From assembly GCA_964016885.1 (NCBI GenBank), contig OZ024740.1:353152001-353216000 (forward strand): a stretch of DNA of 64,000 bases, written 5' to 3'. The position numbers and the translations under genes were made by a program. The stretch's first letter is position 1; the number at the start of each line of letters is the position of its first letter. Source of the stretch: Eledone cirrhosa. Its lineage: Eukaryota. Shown piece after piece: positions 47,401 through 61,372 of this stretch. The notes below the pieces were generated by a model. It was given only the letters and a program-made list of their open reading frames with translations. It made no database searches and was not told the DNA's origin.

Positions 47401-50400
47401 CTCTGTCTGTCTTTATCTCTGCCTGTCTTTATCTCTGTCTGTCTTTATCTCTGTCTGTCTTTATCTCTGCCTGTCTTTATCTCTGCCTGTCTTTATCTCT
47501 GTCTGTCTTTATCTCTGTCTGTCTTTATCTCTGTCTGTCTTTATCTCTGTCTGTCTTTATTTCTGTCTGCCTTTATCTCTGTCTGTCTTTATCTCTGTGT
47601 GTCTTTATCTCTGTCTGTCTTTATCTCTGTCTGTCTTTATCTCTGTCTGTCTTTATCTCTGTCTGTCTTTATCTCTGCCTGTCTTTATCTCTGTCTGTCT
47701 TTATCTCTGTCTGTCTTTATCTCTGCCTGTCTTTATCTCTGCCTGTCTTTATCTCTGTCCGTCTTTATCTCTGCCTGTCTTTATCTCTGCCTGTCTTTAT
47801 CTCTGTCTGTCTTTATCTCTGTCTGTCTTTATCTCTGTCTGTCTTTATCTCTGTCTGTCTTTATCTCTGTCTGTCTTTATCTCTGTCTGTCTTTATCTCT
47901 GTCTGTCTTTATCTCTGTCTTTATATCTGCCTGTCTTTATCTCTGTCTGTCTTTATCTCTGTCTGTCTTTATCTCTGCCTGTCTTTATCTCTGCCTGTCT
48001 TTATCTCTGTCTGTCTTTATCTGTGTCTGTCTTTATCTCTGTCTGTCTTTATCTGTGTCTGTCTTTATCTCTGTCTGTCTTTATCTCTGTCTTTATCTCT
48101 GCCTGTCTTTATCTCTGCCTGTCTTTATCTCTGCCTGTCTTTATCTCTGTCTGTCTTTATCTCTGTCTGTCTTTATCTGTGTCTGTCTTTATCTCTGCCT
48201 GTCTTTATCTCTGTCTGTCTTTATCTCTGCCTGTCTTTATCTCTGTCTGTCTTTATCTGTGTCTGTCTTTATCTCTGTCTGTCTTTATCTCTGCCTGTCT
48301 TTATCTCTGTCTGTCTTTATCTCTGCCTGTCTTTATCTCTGTCTGTCTTTATCTCTGCCTGTCTTCATCTCTGCCTGTCTTCATCTCTGCCTGTCTTTAT
48401 CTCTGCCTGTCTTTATCTCTGTCTGTCTTTATCTCTGCCTGTCTTTATCTCTGCTTGTCTTTATCTGTGTCTGGCTTTATCTCTGTCTGTCTTTATCTCT
48501 GCCTGTCTTTATCTGTGTCTGGCTTTATCTCTGTCTGTCTTTATCTCTGTCTGTCTTTATCTCTGTCTGGCTTTATCTCTGCCTGTCTTTATCTCTGCCT
48601 GTCTTTATCTCTGTCTGTCTTTATCTCTGCCTGTCTTTATCTCTGCTTGTCTTTATCTGTGTCTGGCTTTATCTCTGTCTGTCTTTATCTCTGTCTGTCT
48701 TTATCTCTGTCTGTCTTTATCTCTGTCTGTCTTTATCTCTGTCTGTCTTTATCTCTGTTTGTCTTTATCTTTGCCTGTCTTTATCTCTGTCTGTCTTTAT
48801 CTCTGCCTGTCTTTATCTCTGTCTGTCTTTATCTGTGTCTGTCTTTATCTCTGTCTGTCTTTATCTCTGCCTGTCTTTATCTGTGTCTGTCTTTATCTCT
48901 GCCTGTCTTTATCTCTGCCTGTCTTTATCTCTGCTTGTCTTTATCTCTGTCTGTCTTTATCTCTGTCTGTCTTTATCTCTGCCTGTCTTTATCTCTGCCT
49001 GTCTTTATCTCTGCCTGTCTTTATCTCTGTCTGTCTTTATCTCTGCCTGTCTTTATCTCTGCCTGTCTTTATCTCTGTCTGTCTTTATTTGTGTCTGTCT
49101 TTATCTCTGTCTGTCTTTATCTCTGCCTATCTTTATCTCTGTCTGTCTGTATCTCTGCCTGTCTTTATCTCTGCCTGTCTTTATCTCTGTCTGTCTTTAT
49201 CTCTGCCTGTCTTCATCTCTGCCTGTCTTTATCTCTGCCTGTCTTTATCTCTGCCTGTCTTTATCTCTGCCTGTCTTTATCTCTGTCTGTCTTTATCTCT
49301 GCCTGTCTTTATCTCTGTCTGTCTTTATCTCTGCCTGTCTTTATCTGTGTCTGGCTTTATCTCTGTCTGTCTTTATCTCTGCCTGTCTTTATCTCTGCCT
49401 GTCTTTATCTCTGTCTGTCTTTATCTCTGCCTGTCTTCATCTCTGCCTGTCTTTATCTCTGCCTGTCTTTATCTCTGTCTGTCTTTATCTCTGCCTGTCT
49501 TTATCTCTGTCTGTCTTTATCTCTGCCTGTCTTTATCTCTGCCTGTCTTTATCTCTGTCTGTCTTTATTTGTGTCTGTCTTTATCTCTGTCTGTCTTTAT
49601 CTCTGCCTATCTTTATCTCTGTCTGTCTGTATCTCTGCCTGTCTTTATCTCTGCCTGTCTTTATCTCTGTCTGTCTTTATCTCTGCCTGTCTTCATCTCT
49701 GCCTGTCTTTATCTCTGCCTGTCTTTATCTCTGCCTGTCTTTATCTCTGCCTGTCTTTATCTCTGTCTGTCTTTATCTCTGCCTGTCTTTATCTCTGTCT
49801 GTCTTTATCTCTGCCTGTCTTTATCTGTGTCTGGCTTTATCTCTGTCTGTCTTTATCTCTGCCTGTCTTTATCTCTGCCTGTCTTTATCTCTGTCTGTCT
49901 TTATCTCTGCCTGTCTTCATCTCTGTCTGTCTTTATCTCTGCCTGTCTTTATCTCTGTCTGTCTTTATCTCTGCCTGTCTTTATCTCTGCCTGTCTTTAT
50001 CTCTGTCTGTCTTTATCTCTGCCTGTCTTTATCTCTGTCTGTCTTTATCTCTGTCTGTCTTTATCTCTGCCTGTCTTTATCTCTGTCTGTCTTTATCTCT
50101 GTCTGTCTTTATCTCTGTCTGTCTTTATCTCTGTCTGTCTTTATCTCTGTCTGTCTTTATCTCTGCCTGTCTTTATCTCTGTCTGTCTTTATCTCTGTCT
50201 GTCTTTATCTCTGTCTGTCTTTATCTCTGCCTGTCTTTATCTCTGTCTGTCTTTATCTCTGTCTGTCTTTATCTCTGCCTGTCTTTATCTCTGTCTGTCT
50301 TTATCTCTGTCTGTCTTTATCTCTGTCTGTCTTTATCTCTGTCTGTCTTTATCTCTGCCTGTCTTTATCTCTGTCTGTCTTTATCTCTGTCTGTCTTTAT

Positions 50401-53400
50401 CTCTGTCTGTCTTTATCTCTGCCTGTCTTTATCTCTGTCTGTCTTTATCTCTGTCTGTCTTTATCTCTGCCTGTCTTTATCTCTGTCTGTCTTTATCTCT
50501 GTCTGTCTTTATCTCTGTCTGTCTTTATCTCTGTCTGTCTTTATCTCTGTCTGTCTTTATCTCTGTCTGTCTTTATCTCTGCCTGTCTTTATTTGTGTCT
50601 GTCTTTATCTCTGCCTGTCTTTATCTCTGTCTGTCTTTATCTCTGCCTGTCTTTATTTGTGTCTGTCTTTATCTCTGTCTGTCTTTATCTCTGCCTATCT
50701 TTATCTCTGTCTGTCTGTATCTCTGCCTGTCTTTATCTCTGCCTGTCTTTATCTCTGTCTGTCTTTATCTCTGCCTGTCTTTATCTCTGTCTGTCTTTAT
50801 CTCTGCCTGTCTTTATCTCTGCCTGTCTTTATCTCTGTCTGTCTTTATCTCTGTCTGTCTTTATCTCTGCCTGTCTTCATCTCTGCCTGTCTTTATCTCT
50901 GCCTGTCTTTATCTCTGCCTGTCTTTATCTCTGCCTGTCTTTATCTCTGTCTGTCTTTATCTCTGCCTGTCTTTATCTCTGTCTGTCTTTATCTCTGCCT
51001 GTCTTTATCTGTGTCTGGCTTTATCTCTGTCTGTCTTTATCTCTGCCTGTCTTTATCTCTGCCTGTCTTTATCTCTGTCTGTCTTTATCTCTGCCTGTCT
51101 TCATCTCTGCCTGTCTTTATCTCTGCCTGTCTTTATCTCTGTCTGTCTTTATCTCTGCCTGTCTTTATCTCTGTCTGTCTTTATCTCTGCCTGTCTTTAT
51201 CTCTGCCTGTCTTTATCTCTGTCTGTCTTTATTTGTGTCTGTCTTTATCTCTGTCTGTCTTTATCTCTGCCTATCTTTATCTCTGTCTGTCTGTATCTCT
51301 GCCTGTCTTTATCTCTGCCTGTCTTTATCTCTGTCTGTCTTTATCTCTGCCTGTCTTCATCTCTGCCTGTCTTTATCTCTGCCTGTCTTTATCTCTGCCT
51401 GTCTTTATCTCTGCCTGTCTTTATCTCTGTCTGTCTTTATCTCTGTCGGTCTTTATCTCTGCCTGTCTTTATCTCTGCCTGTCTTTATCTCTGTCTGTCT
51501 TTATCTCTGCCTGTCTTTATCTCTGTCTGTCTTTATCTCTGCCTGTCTTTATCTCTGTCTGTCTTTATCTCTGCCTGTCTTTATCTCTGTCTGTCTTTAT
51601 CTCTGCCTGTCTTTATCTCTGTCTGTCTTTATCTCTGTCTGTCTTTATCTCTGCTTGTCTTTATCTCTGTCTGTCTTTATCTCTGCCTGTCTTTATCTCT
51701 GTCTGTCTTTATCTCTGTCTGTCTTTATCTCTGTCTGTCTTTATCTCTGCCTGTCTTTATCTCTGCCTGTCTTTATCTCTACCTCTCTTTATCTCTGCCT
51801 CTCTTTATCTCTGTCTGTCTTTATCTCTGTCTGTCTTTATCTCTGTCTGTCTTCATCTCTGTCTGTCTTTATCTCTGCCTGTCTTTATCTCTGCCTGTCT
51901 TTATCTCTGCCTGTCTTTATCTCTGTCTGTCTTTATCTCTGTCTGTCTTTATCTCTGCCTGTCTTTATCTCTGTCTGTCTTTATCTCTGCCTGTCTTTAT
52001 CTCTGTCTGTCTTTATCTCTGCCTGTCTTTATCTCTGTCTGTCTTTATCTCTGTCTGTCTTTATCTCTGCCTGTCTTTATCTCTGCTTGTCTTTATCTCT
52101 GTCTGTCTTTATCTCTGCCTGTCTTTATCTCTGTCTGTCTTTATCTCTGTCTGTCTTTATCTCTGTCTGTCTTTATCTCTGTCTGTCTTTATCTCTGCCT
52201 GTCTTTATCTCTGTCTGTCTTTATCTGTGTCTGTCTTTATTTCTGTCTGTCTTTATCTCTGCCTGTCTTTATCTCTGCCTGTCTTTATCTCTGCCTGTCT
52301 TTATCTCTGCTTGTCTTTATCTCTGTCTGTCTTTATCTCTGCCTGTCTTCATCTCTGCCTGTCTTTATCTCTGCCTGTCTTTATCTCTGCCTGTCTTTAT
52401 CTCTGCCTGTCTTTATCTCTGTCTGTCTTTATCTCTGTCTGTCTTTATCTGTGTCTGTCTTTATCTCTGTCTGTCTTTATCTCTGTCTGTCTTTATCTCA
52501 GTCTGTCTTTATCTCTGTCTGTCTTTATCTCTGCCTGTCTTCATCTCTGCCTGTCTTTATCTCTGCCTGTCTTTATCTCTGTCTGTCTTTATCTGTGTCT
52601 GTCTTTATCTCTGCCTGTCTTCATCTCTGTCTGTCTTTATCTGTGTCTGTCTTTATCTCTGTCTGTCTTTATTTCTGCCTATCTTTATCTCTGTCTGTCT
52701 TTATCTCTGCCTGTCTTTATCTCTGTCTGTCTTTATCTCTGTCTGTCTTTATCTCTGCCTGTCTTTATCTCTGCCTGTCTTTATCTCTGTCTGTCTTTAT
52801 CTCTGCCTGTCTTTATCTCTGCCTGTCTTTATCTCTGTCTGTCTTTATCTCTGTCTGTCTTTATCTCTGTCTGTCTTTATTTCTGTCTGTCTTTATCTCT
52901 GTCTGTCTTTATCTCTGTGTGTCTTTATCTCTGTCTGTCTTTATCTCTGTCTGTCTTTATCTCTGTCTGTCTTTATCTCTGTCTGTCTTTATCTCTGCCT
53001 GTCTTTATCTCTGTCTGTCTTTATCTCTGTCTGTCTTTATCTCTGCCTGTCTTTATCTCTGCCTGTCTTTATCTCTGTCCGTCTTTATCTCTGCCTGTCT
53101 TTATCTCTGCCTGTCTTTATCTCTGTCTGTCTTTATCTCTGTCTGTCTTTATCTCTGTCTGTCTTTATCTCTGTCTGTCTTTATCTCTGTCTGTCTTTAT
53201 CTCTGTCTGTCTTTATCTCTGTCTGTCTTTATCTCTGTCTTTATATCTGCCTGTCTTTATCTCTGTCTGTCTTTATCTCTGTCTGTCTTTATCTCTGCCT
53301 GTCTTTATCTCTGCCTGTCTTTATCTCTGTCTGTCTTTATCTCTGTCTGTCTTTATCTCTGCCTGTCTTTATCTCTGTCTGTCTTTACCTCTGCCTGTCT

Positions 53401-56400
53401 TTATCTCTGTCTGTCTTTATCTCTGCCTGTCTTTATCTCTGTCTGTCTTTATCTCTGTCTGTCTTTATCTCTGCCTGTCTTTATCTCTGCCTGTCTTTAT
53501 CTCTGTCTGTCTTTATCTCTGCCTGTCTTTATCTCTGTCTGTCTTTATCTCTGTCTGTCTTTATCTCTGTCTGTCTTTATCTCTGTCTGTCTTTATCTCT
53601 GCCTGTCTTTATCTCTGTCTGTCTTTATCTGTGTCTGTCTTTATCTCTGTCTGTCTTTATCTCTGCCTGTCTTTATCTCTGCCTGTCTTTATCTCTGCCT
53701 GTCTTTATCTCTGCTTGTCTTTATCTCTGTCTGTCTTTATCTCTGCCTGTCTTCATCTCTGCCTGTCTTTATCTCTGCCTGTCTTTATCTCTGTCTGTCT
53801 TTATCTCTGCCTGTCTTTATCTCTGTCTGTCTTTATCTCTGTCTGTCTTTATCTCTGTCTGTCTTTATCTCTGTCTGTCTTTATCTCTGCCTGTCTTTAT
53901 CTCTGTCTGTCTTTATCTCTGCCTATCTTTATCTCTGTCTGTCTGTATCTCTGCCTGTCTTTATCTCTGCCTGTCTTTATCTCTGTCTGTCTTTATCTCT
54001 GCCTGTCTTCATCTCTGTCTGTCTTTATCTGTGTCTGTCTTTATCTCTGTCTGTCTTTATTTCTGCCTATCTTTATCTCTGTCTGTCTTTATCTCTGCCT
54101 GTCTTTATCTCTGTCTGTCTTTATCTCTGTCTGTCTTTATCTCTGCCTGTCTTTATCTCTGCCTGTCTTTATCTCTGTCTGTCTTTATCTCTGTCTGTCT
54201 TTATCTCTGTCTGTCTTTATCTCTGTCTGTCTTTATTTCTGTCTGCCTTTATCTCTGTCTGTCTTTATCTCTGTGTGTCTTTATCTCTGTCTGTCTTTAT
54301 CTCTGTCTGTCTTTATCTCTGTCTGTCTTTATCTCTGTCTGTCTTTATCTCTGCCTGTCTTTATCTCTGTCTGTCTTTATCTCTGTCTGTCTTTATCTCT
54401 GCCTGTCTTTATCTCTGCCTGTCTTTATCTCTGTCCGTCTTTATCTCTGCCTGTCTTTATCTCTGCCTGTCTTTATCTCTGTCTGTCTTTATCTCTGTCT
54501 GTCTTTATCTCTGTCTGTCTTTATCTCTGTCTGTCTTTATCTCTGTCTGTCTTTATCTCTGTCTGTCTTTATCTCTGTCTGTCTTTATCTCTGTCTTTAT
54601 ATCTGCCTGTCTTTATCTCTGTCTGTCTTTATCTCTGTCTGTCTTTATCTCTGCCTGTCTTTATCTCTGCCTGTCTTTATCTCTGTCTGTCTTTATCTGT
54701 GTCTGTCTTTATCTCTGTCTGTCTTTATCTGTGTCTGTCTTTATCTCTGTCTGTCTTTATCTCTGTCTTTATCTCTGCCTGTCTTTATCTCTGCCTGTCT
54801 TTATCTCTGCCTGTCTTTATCTCTGTCTGTCTTTATCTCTGTCTGTCTTTATCTGTGTCTGTCTTTATCTCTGCCTGTCTTTATCTCTGTCTGTCTTTAT
54901 CTCTGCCTGTCTTTATCTCTGTCTGTCTTTATCTGTGTCTGTCTTTATCTCTGTCTGTCTTTATCTCTGCCTGTCTTTATCTCTGTCTGTCTTTATCTCT
55001 GCCTGTCTTTATCTCTGTCTGTCTTTATCTCTGCCTGTCTTCATCTCTGCCTGTCTTCATCTCTGCCTGTCTTTATCTCTGCCTGTCTTTATCTCTGTCT
55101 GTCTTTATCTCTGCCTGTCTTTATCTCTGCTTGTCTTTATCTGTGTCTGGCTTTATCTCTGTCTGTCTTTATCTCTGCCTGTCTTTATCTGTGTCTGGCT
55201 TTATCTCTGTCTGTCTTTATCTCTGTCTGTCTTTATCTCTGTCTGGCTTTATCTCTGCCTGTCTTTATCTCTGCCTGTCTTTATCTCTGTCTGTCTTTAT
55301 CTCTGCCTGTCTTTATCTCTGCTTGTCTTTATCTGTGTCTGGCTTTATCTCTGTCTGTCTTTATCTCTGTCTGTCTTTATCTCTGTCTGTCTTTATCTCT
55401 GTCTGTCTTTATCTCTGTCTGTCTTTATCTCTGTTTGTCTTTATCTTTGCCTGTCTTTATCTCTGTCTGTCTTTATCTCTGCCTGTCTTTATCTCTGTCT
55501 GTCTTTATCTGTGTCTGTCTTTATCTCTGTCTGTCTTTATCTCTGCCTGTCTTTATCTGTGTCTGTCTTTATCTCTGCCTGTCTTTATCTCTGCCTGTCT
55601 TTATCTCTGCTTGTCTTTATCTCTGTCTGTCTTTATCTCTGTCTGTCTTTATCTCTGCCTGTCTTTATCTCTGCCTGTCTTTATCTCTGCCTGTCTTTAT
55701 CTCTGTCTGTCTTTATCTCTGCCTGTCTTTATCTCTGCCTGTCTTTATCTCTGTCTGTCTTTATTTGTGTCTGTCTTTATCTCTGTCTGTCTTTATCTCT
55801 GCCTATCTTTATCTCTGTCTGTCTGTATCTCTGCCTGTCTTTATCTCTGCCTGTCTTTATCTCTGTCTGTCTTTATCTCTGCCTGTCTTCATCTCTGCCT
55901 GTCTTTATCTCTGCCTGTCTTTATCTCTGCCTGTCTTTATCTCTGCCTGTCTTTATCTCTGTCTGTCTTTATCTCTGCCTGTCTTTATCTCTGTCTGTCT
56001 TTATCTCTGCCTGTCTTTATCTGTGTCTGGCTTTATCTCTGTCTGTCTTTATCTCTGCCTGTCTTTATCTCTGCCTGTCTTTATCTCTGTCTGTCTTTAT
56101 CTCTGCCTGTCTTCATCTCTGCCTGTCTTTATCTCTGCCTGTCTTTATCTCTGTCTGTCTTTATCTCTGCCTGTCTTTATCTCTGTCTGTCTTTATCTCT
56201 GCCTGTCTTTATCTCTGCCTGTCTTTATCTCTGTCTGTCTTTATTTGTGTCTGTCTTTATCTCTGTCTGTCTTTATCTCTGCCTATCTTTATCTCTGTCT
56301 GTCTGTATCTCTGCCTGTCTTTATCTCTGCCTGTCTTTATCTCTGTCTGTCTTTATCTCTGCCTGTCTTCATCTCTGCCTGTCTTTATCTCTGCCTGTCT

Positions 56401-59400
56401 TTATCTCTGCCTGTCTTTATCTCTGCCTGTCTTTATCTCTGTCTGTCTTTATCTCTGCCTGTCTTTATCTCTGTCTGTCTTTATCTCTGCCTGTCTTTAT
56501 CTGTGTCTGGCTTTATCTCTGTCTGTCTTTATCTCTGCCTGTCTTTATCTCTGCCTGTCTTTATCTCTGTCTGTCTTTATCTCTGCCTGTCTTCATCTCT
56601 GTCTGTCTTTATCTCTGCCTGTCTTTATCTCTGTCTGTCTTTATCTCTGCCTGTCTTTATCTCTGCCTGTCTTTATCTCTGTCTGTCTTTATCTCTGCCT
56701 GTCTTTATCTCTGTCTGTCTTTATCTCTGTCTGTCTTTATCTCTGCCTGTCTTTATCTCTGTCTGTCTTTATCTCTGTCTGTCTTTATCTCTGTCTGTCT
56801 TTATCTCTGTCTGTCTTTATCTCTGTCTGTCTTTATCTCTGCCTGTCTTTATCTCTGTCTGTCTTTATCTCTGTCTGTCTTTATCTCTGTCTGTCTTTAT
56901 CTCTGCCTGTCTTTATCTCTGTCTGTCTTTATCTCTGTCTGTCTTTATCTCTGCCTGTCTTTATCTCTGTCTGTCTTTATCTCTGTCTGTCTTTATCTCT
57001 GTCTGTCTTTATCTCTGTCTGTCTTTATCTCTGCCTGTCTTTATCTCTGTCTGTCTTTATCTCTGTCTGTCTTTATCTCTGTCTGTCTTTATCTCTGCCT
57101 GTCTTTATCTCTGTCTGTCTTTATCTCTGTCTGTCTTTATCTCTGCCTGTCTTTATCTCTGTCTGTCTTTATCTCTGTCTGTCTTTATCTCTGTCTGTCT
57201 TTATCTCTGTCTGTCTTTATCTCTGTCTGTCTTTATCTCTGTCTGTCTTTATCTCTGCCTGTCTTTATTTGTGTCTGTCTTTATCTCTGCCTGTCTTTAT
57301 CTCTGTCTGTCTTTATCTCTGCCTGTCTTTATTTGTGTCTGTCTTTATCTCTGTCTGTCTTTATCTCTGCCTATCTTTATCTCTGTCTGTCTGTATCTCT
57401 GCCTGTCTTTATCTCTGCCTGTCTTTATCTCTGTCTGTCTTTATCTCTGCCTGTCTTTATCTCTGTCTGTCTTTATCTCTGCCTGTCTTTATCTCTGCCT
57501 GTCTTTATCTCTGTCTGTCTTTATCTCTGTCTGTCTTTATCTCTGCCTGTCTTCATCTCTGCCTGTCTTTATCTCTGCCTGTCTTTATCTCTGCCTGTCT
57601 TTATCTCTGCCTGTCTTTATCTCTGTCTGTCTTTATCTCTGCCTGTCTTTATCTCTGTCTGTCTTTATCTCTGCCTGTCTTTATCTGTGTCTGGCTTTAT
57701 CTCTGTCTGTCTTTATCTCTGCCTGTCTTTATCTCTGCCTGTCTTTATCTCTGTCTGTCTTTATCTCTGCCTGTCTTCATCTCTGCCTGTCTTTATCTCT
57801 GCCTGTCTTTATCTCTGTCTGTCTTTATCTCTGCCTGTCTTTATCTCTGTCTGTCTTTATCTCTGCCTGTCTTTATCTCTGCCTGTCTTTATCTCTGTCT
57901 GTCTTTATTTGTGTCTGTCTTTATCTCTGTCTGTCTTTATCTCTGCCTATCTTTATCTCTGTCTGTCTGTATCTCTGCCTGTCTTTATCTCTGCCTGTCT
58001 TTATCTCTGTCTGTCTTTATCTCTGCCTGTCTTCATCTCTGCCTGTCTTTATCTCTGCCTGTCTTTATCTCTGCCTGTCTTTATCTCTGCCTGTCTTTAT
58101 CTCTGTCTGTCTTTATCTCTGCCTGTCTTTATCTCTGTCTGTCTTTATCTCTGCCTGTCTTTATCTGTGTCTGGCTTTATCTCTGTCTGTCTTTATCTCT
58201 GCCTGTCTTTATCTCTGCCTGTCTTTATCTCTGTCTGTCTTTATCTCTGCCTGTCTTCATCTCTGCCTGTCTTTATCTCTGCCTGTCTTTATCTCTGTCT
58301 GTCTTTATCTCTGCCTGTCTTTATCTCTGTCTGTCTTTATCTCTGCCTGTCTTTATCTCTGTCTGTCTTTATCTCTGCCTGTCTTCATCTCTGCCTGTCT
58401 TTATCTCTGCCTGTCTTTATCTCTGTCTGTCTTTATCTCTGTCTGTCTTTATCTCTGCCTGTCTTCATCTCTGCCTGTCTTTATCTCTGCCTGTCTTTAT
58501 CTCTGTCTGTCTTTATCTCTGCCTGTCTTTATCTCTGCCTGTCTTTATCTCTGCCTGTCTTTATCTCTGTCTGTCTTTATCTCTGCCTGTCTTTATCTCT
58601 GTCTGTCTTTATCTCTGTCTGTCTTTATCTCTGCCTGTCTTCATCTCTGCCTGTCTTTATCTCTGTCTGTCTTTATCTCTGCCTGTCTTTATCTCTGTCT
58701 GTCTTTATCTCTGCCTGTCTTTATCTCTGTCTGTCTTTATCTCTGTCTGTCTTTATCTCTGCCTGTCTTCATCTCTGCCTGTCTTTATCTCTGTCTGTCT
58801 TTATCTCTGCCTGTCTTTATCTGTGTCTGGCTTTATCTCTGTCTGTCTTTATCTCTGCCTGTCTTTATCTCTGCCTGTCTTTATCTCTGCCTGTCTTTAT
58901 CTCTGTCTGTCTTTATCTCTGTCTGTCTTTATCTCTGCCTGTCTTCATCTCTGCCTGTCTTTATCTCTGTCTGTCTTTATCTCTGCCTGTCTTCATCTCT
59001 GCCTGTCTTTATCTCTGCCTGTCTTTATCTCTGTCTGTCTTTATCTCTGCCTGTCTTTATCTCTGTCTGTCTTTATCTCTGCCTGTCTTTATCTCTGTCT
59101 GTCTTTATCTCTGTCTGTCTTTATCTCTGCCTGTCTTTATCTCTGCCTGTCTTTATCTCTGTCTGTCTTTATCTCTGCCTGTCTTTATCTCTGTCTGTCT
59201 TTATCTCTGCCTGTCTTTATCTCTGTCTGTCTTTATCTCTGCCTGTCTTTATCTCTGTCTGTCTTTATCTCTGCCTGTCTTTATCTCTGTCTGTCTTTAT
59301 CTCTGTCTGTCTTTATCTCTGTCTGTCTTTATCTCTGTCTGTCTTTATCTCTGTCTGTCTTTATCTCTGCCTGTCTTTATCTCTGTCTGTCTTTATCTCT

Positions 59401-60773
59401 GCCTGTCTTCATCTCTGCCTGTCTTTATCTCTGCCTGTCTTTATCTCTGTCTGTCTTTATCTCTGCCTGTCTTTATCTGTGTCTGGCTTTATCTCTGCCT
59501 GTCTTTATCTCTGCCTGTCTTTATCTCTGCCTGTCTTTATCTCTGTCTGTCTTTATCTCTGTCTGTCTTTATCTCTGCCTGTCTTTATCTCTGCCTGTCT
59601 TTATCTCTGCCTGTCTTTATCTCTGCCTGTCTTTATCTCTGCCTGTCTTTATCTCTGCCTGTCTTTATCTCTGTCTGTCTTTATCTCTGTCTGTCTTTAT
59701 CTCTGCCTGTCTTTATCTCTGCCTGTCTTTATCTCTGCCTGTCTTTATCTCTGCCTGTCTTTATCTCTGCCTGTCTTTATCTCTGCCTGTCTTTATCTCT
59801 GCCTGTCTTTATCTCTGTCTGTCTTTATCTCTGCCTGTCTTTATCTGTGTCTGGCTTTATCTCTGTCTGTCTTTATCTCTGCCTGTCTTTATCTCTGCCT
59901 GTCTTTATCTCTGTCTGTCTTTATCTCTGCCTGTCTTCATCTCTGCCTGTCTTTATCTCTGCCTGTCTTTATCTCTGTCTGTCTTTATCTCTGCCTGTCT
60001 TTATCTCTGTCTGTCTTTATCTCTGCCTGTCTTCATCTCTGCCTGTCTTTATCTCTGCCTGTCTTTATCTCTGTCTGTCTTTATCTCTGCCTGTCTTTAT
60101 CTCTGTCTGTCTTTATCTCTGCCTGTCTTTATCTCTGTCTGTCTTTATCTCTGCCTGTCTTCATCTCTGCCTGTCTTTATCTCTGCCTGTCTTTATCTCT
60201 GTCTGTCTTTATCTCTGCCTGTCTTCATCTCTGCCTGTCTTTATCTCTGCCTGTCTTTATCTCTGTCTGTCTTTATCTCTGCCTGTCTTTATCTCTGCCT
60301 GTCTTTATCTCTGCCTGTCTTTATCTCTGTCTGTCTTTATCTCTGTCTGTCTTTATCTCTGTCTGTCTTTATCTCTGCCTGTCTTCATCTCTGCCTGTCT
60401 TTATCTCTGCCTGTCTTTATCTCTGCCTGTCTTCATCTCTGCCTGTCTTTATCTCTGCCTGTCTTTATCTCTGTCTGTCTTTATCTCTGCCTGTCTTTAT
60501 CTGTGTCTGGCTTTATCTCTGTCTGTCTTTATCTCTGCCTGTCTTTATCTCTGCCTGTCTTTATCTCTGCCTGTCTTTATCTCTGCCTGTCTTCATCTCT
60601 GCCTGTCTTTATCTCTGCCTGTCTTTATCTCTGTCTGTCTTTATCTCTGCCTGTCTTTATCTCTGTCTGTCTTTATCTCTGTCTGTCTTTATCTCTGCCT
60701 GTCTTTATCTCTGCCTGTCTTTATCTCTGTCTGTCTTTATCTCTGTCTGTCTTTATCTCTGTCTGTCTTTATC
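29467..60773. repeat. 31.3-kb satellite array of a 16-bp monomer TCTTTATCTCTG(T/C)CTG (~1,960 copies) with higher-order structure
   Basis: Uninterrupted head-to-tail array read directly. Two major monomer variants, recurrent rare variants and occasional 12-bp (4-bp deletion) units are visible. Confidence 0.99.
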
Positions 60774-60879
60774 AGTAGTTCTCACGTTTTACTTTCTTCT
60801 TTATTTCTTGCTTCCATTGTTAGTCTCCTATTTCCAGCTCTTTCCTTTGATCACACCACTCTGATTCCTTCTCTTAATC

Positions 60880-61372
<493 letters not shown>

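Noticed and set aside
29467-60773. CRISPR array or telomeric repeat interpretation of the satellite
   Set aside because: There are no unique spacers and no cas genes, the context is eukaryotic, the array is interstitial, and it has no TTAGGG-like G-runs.
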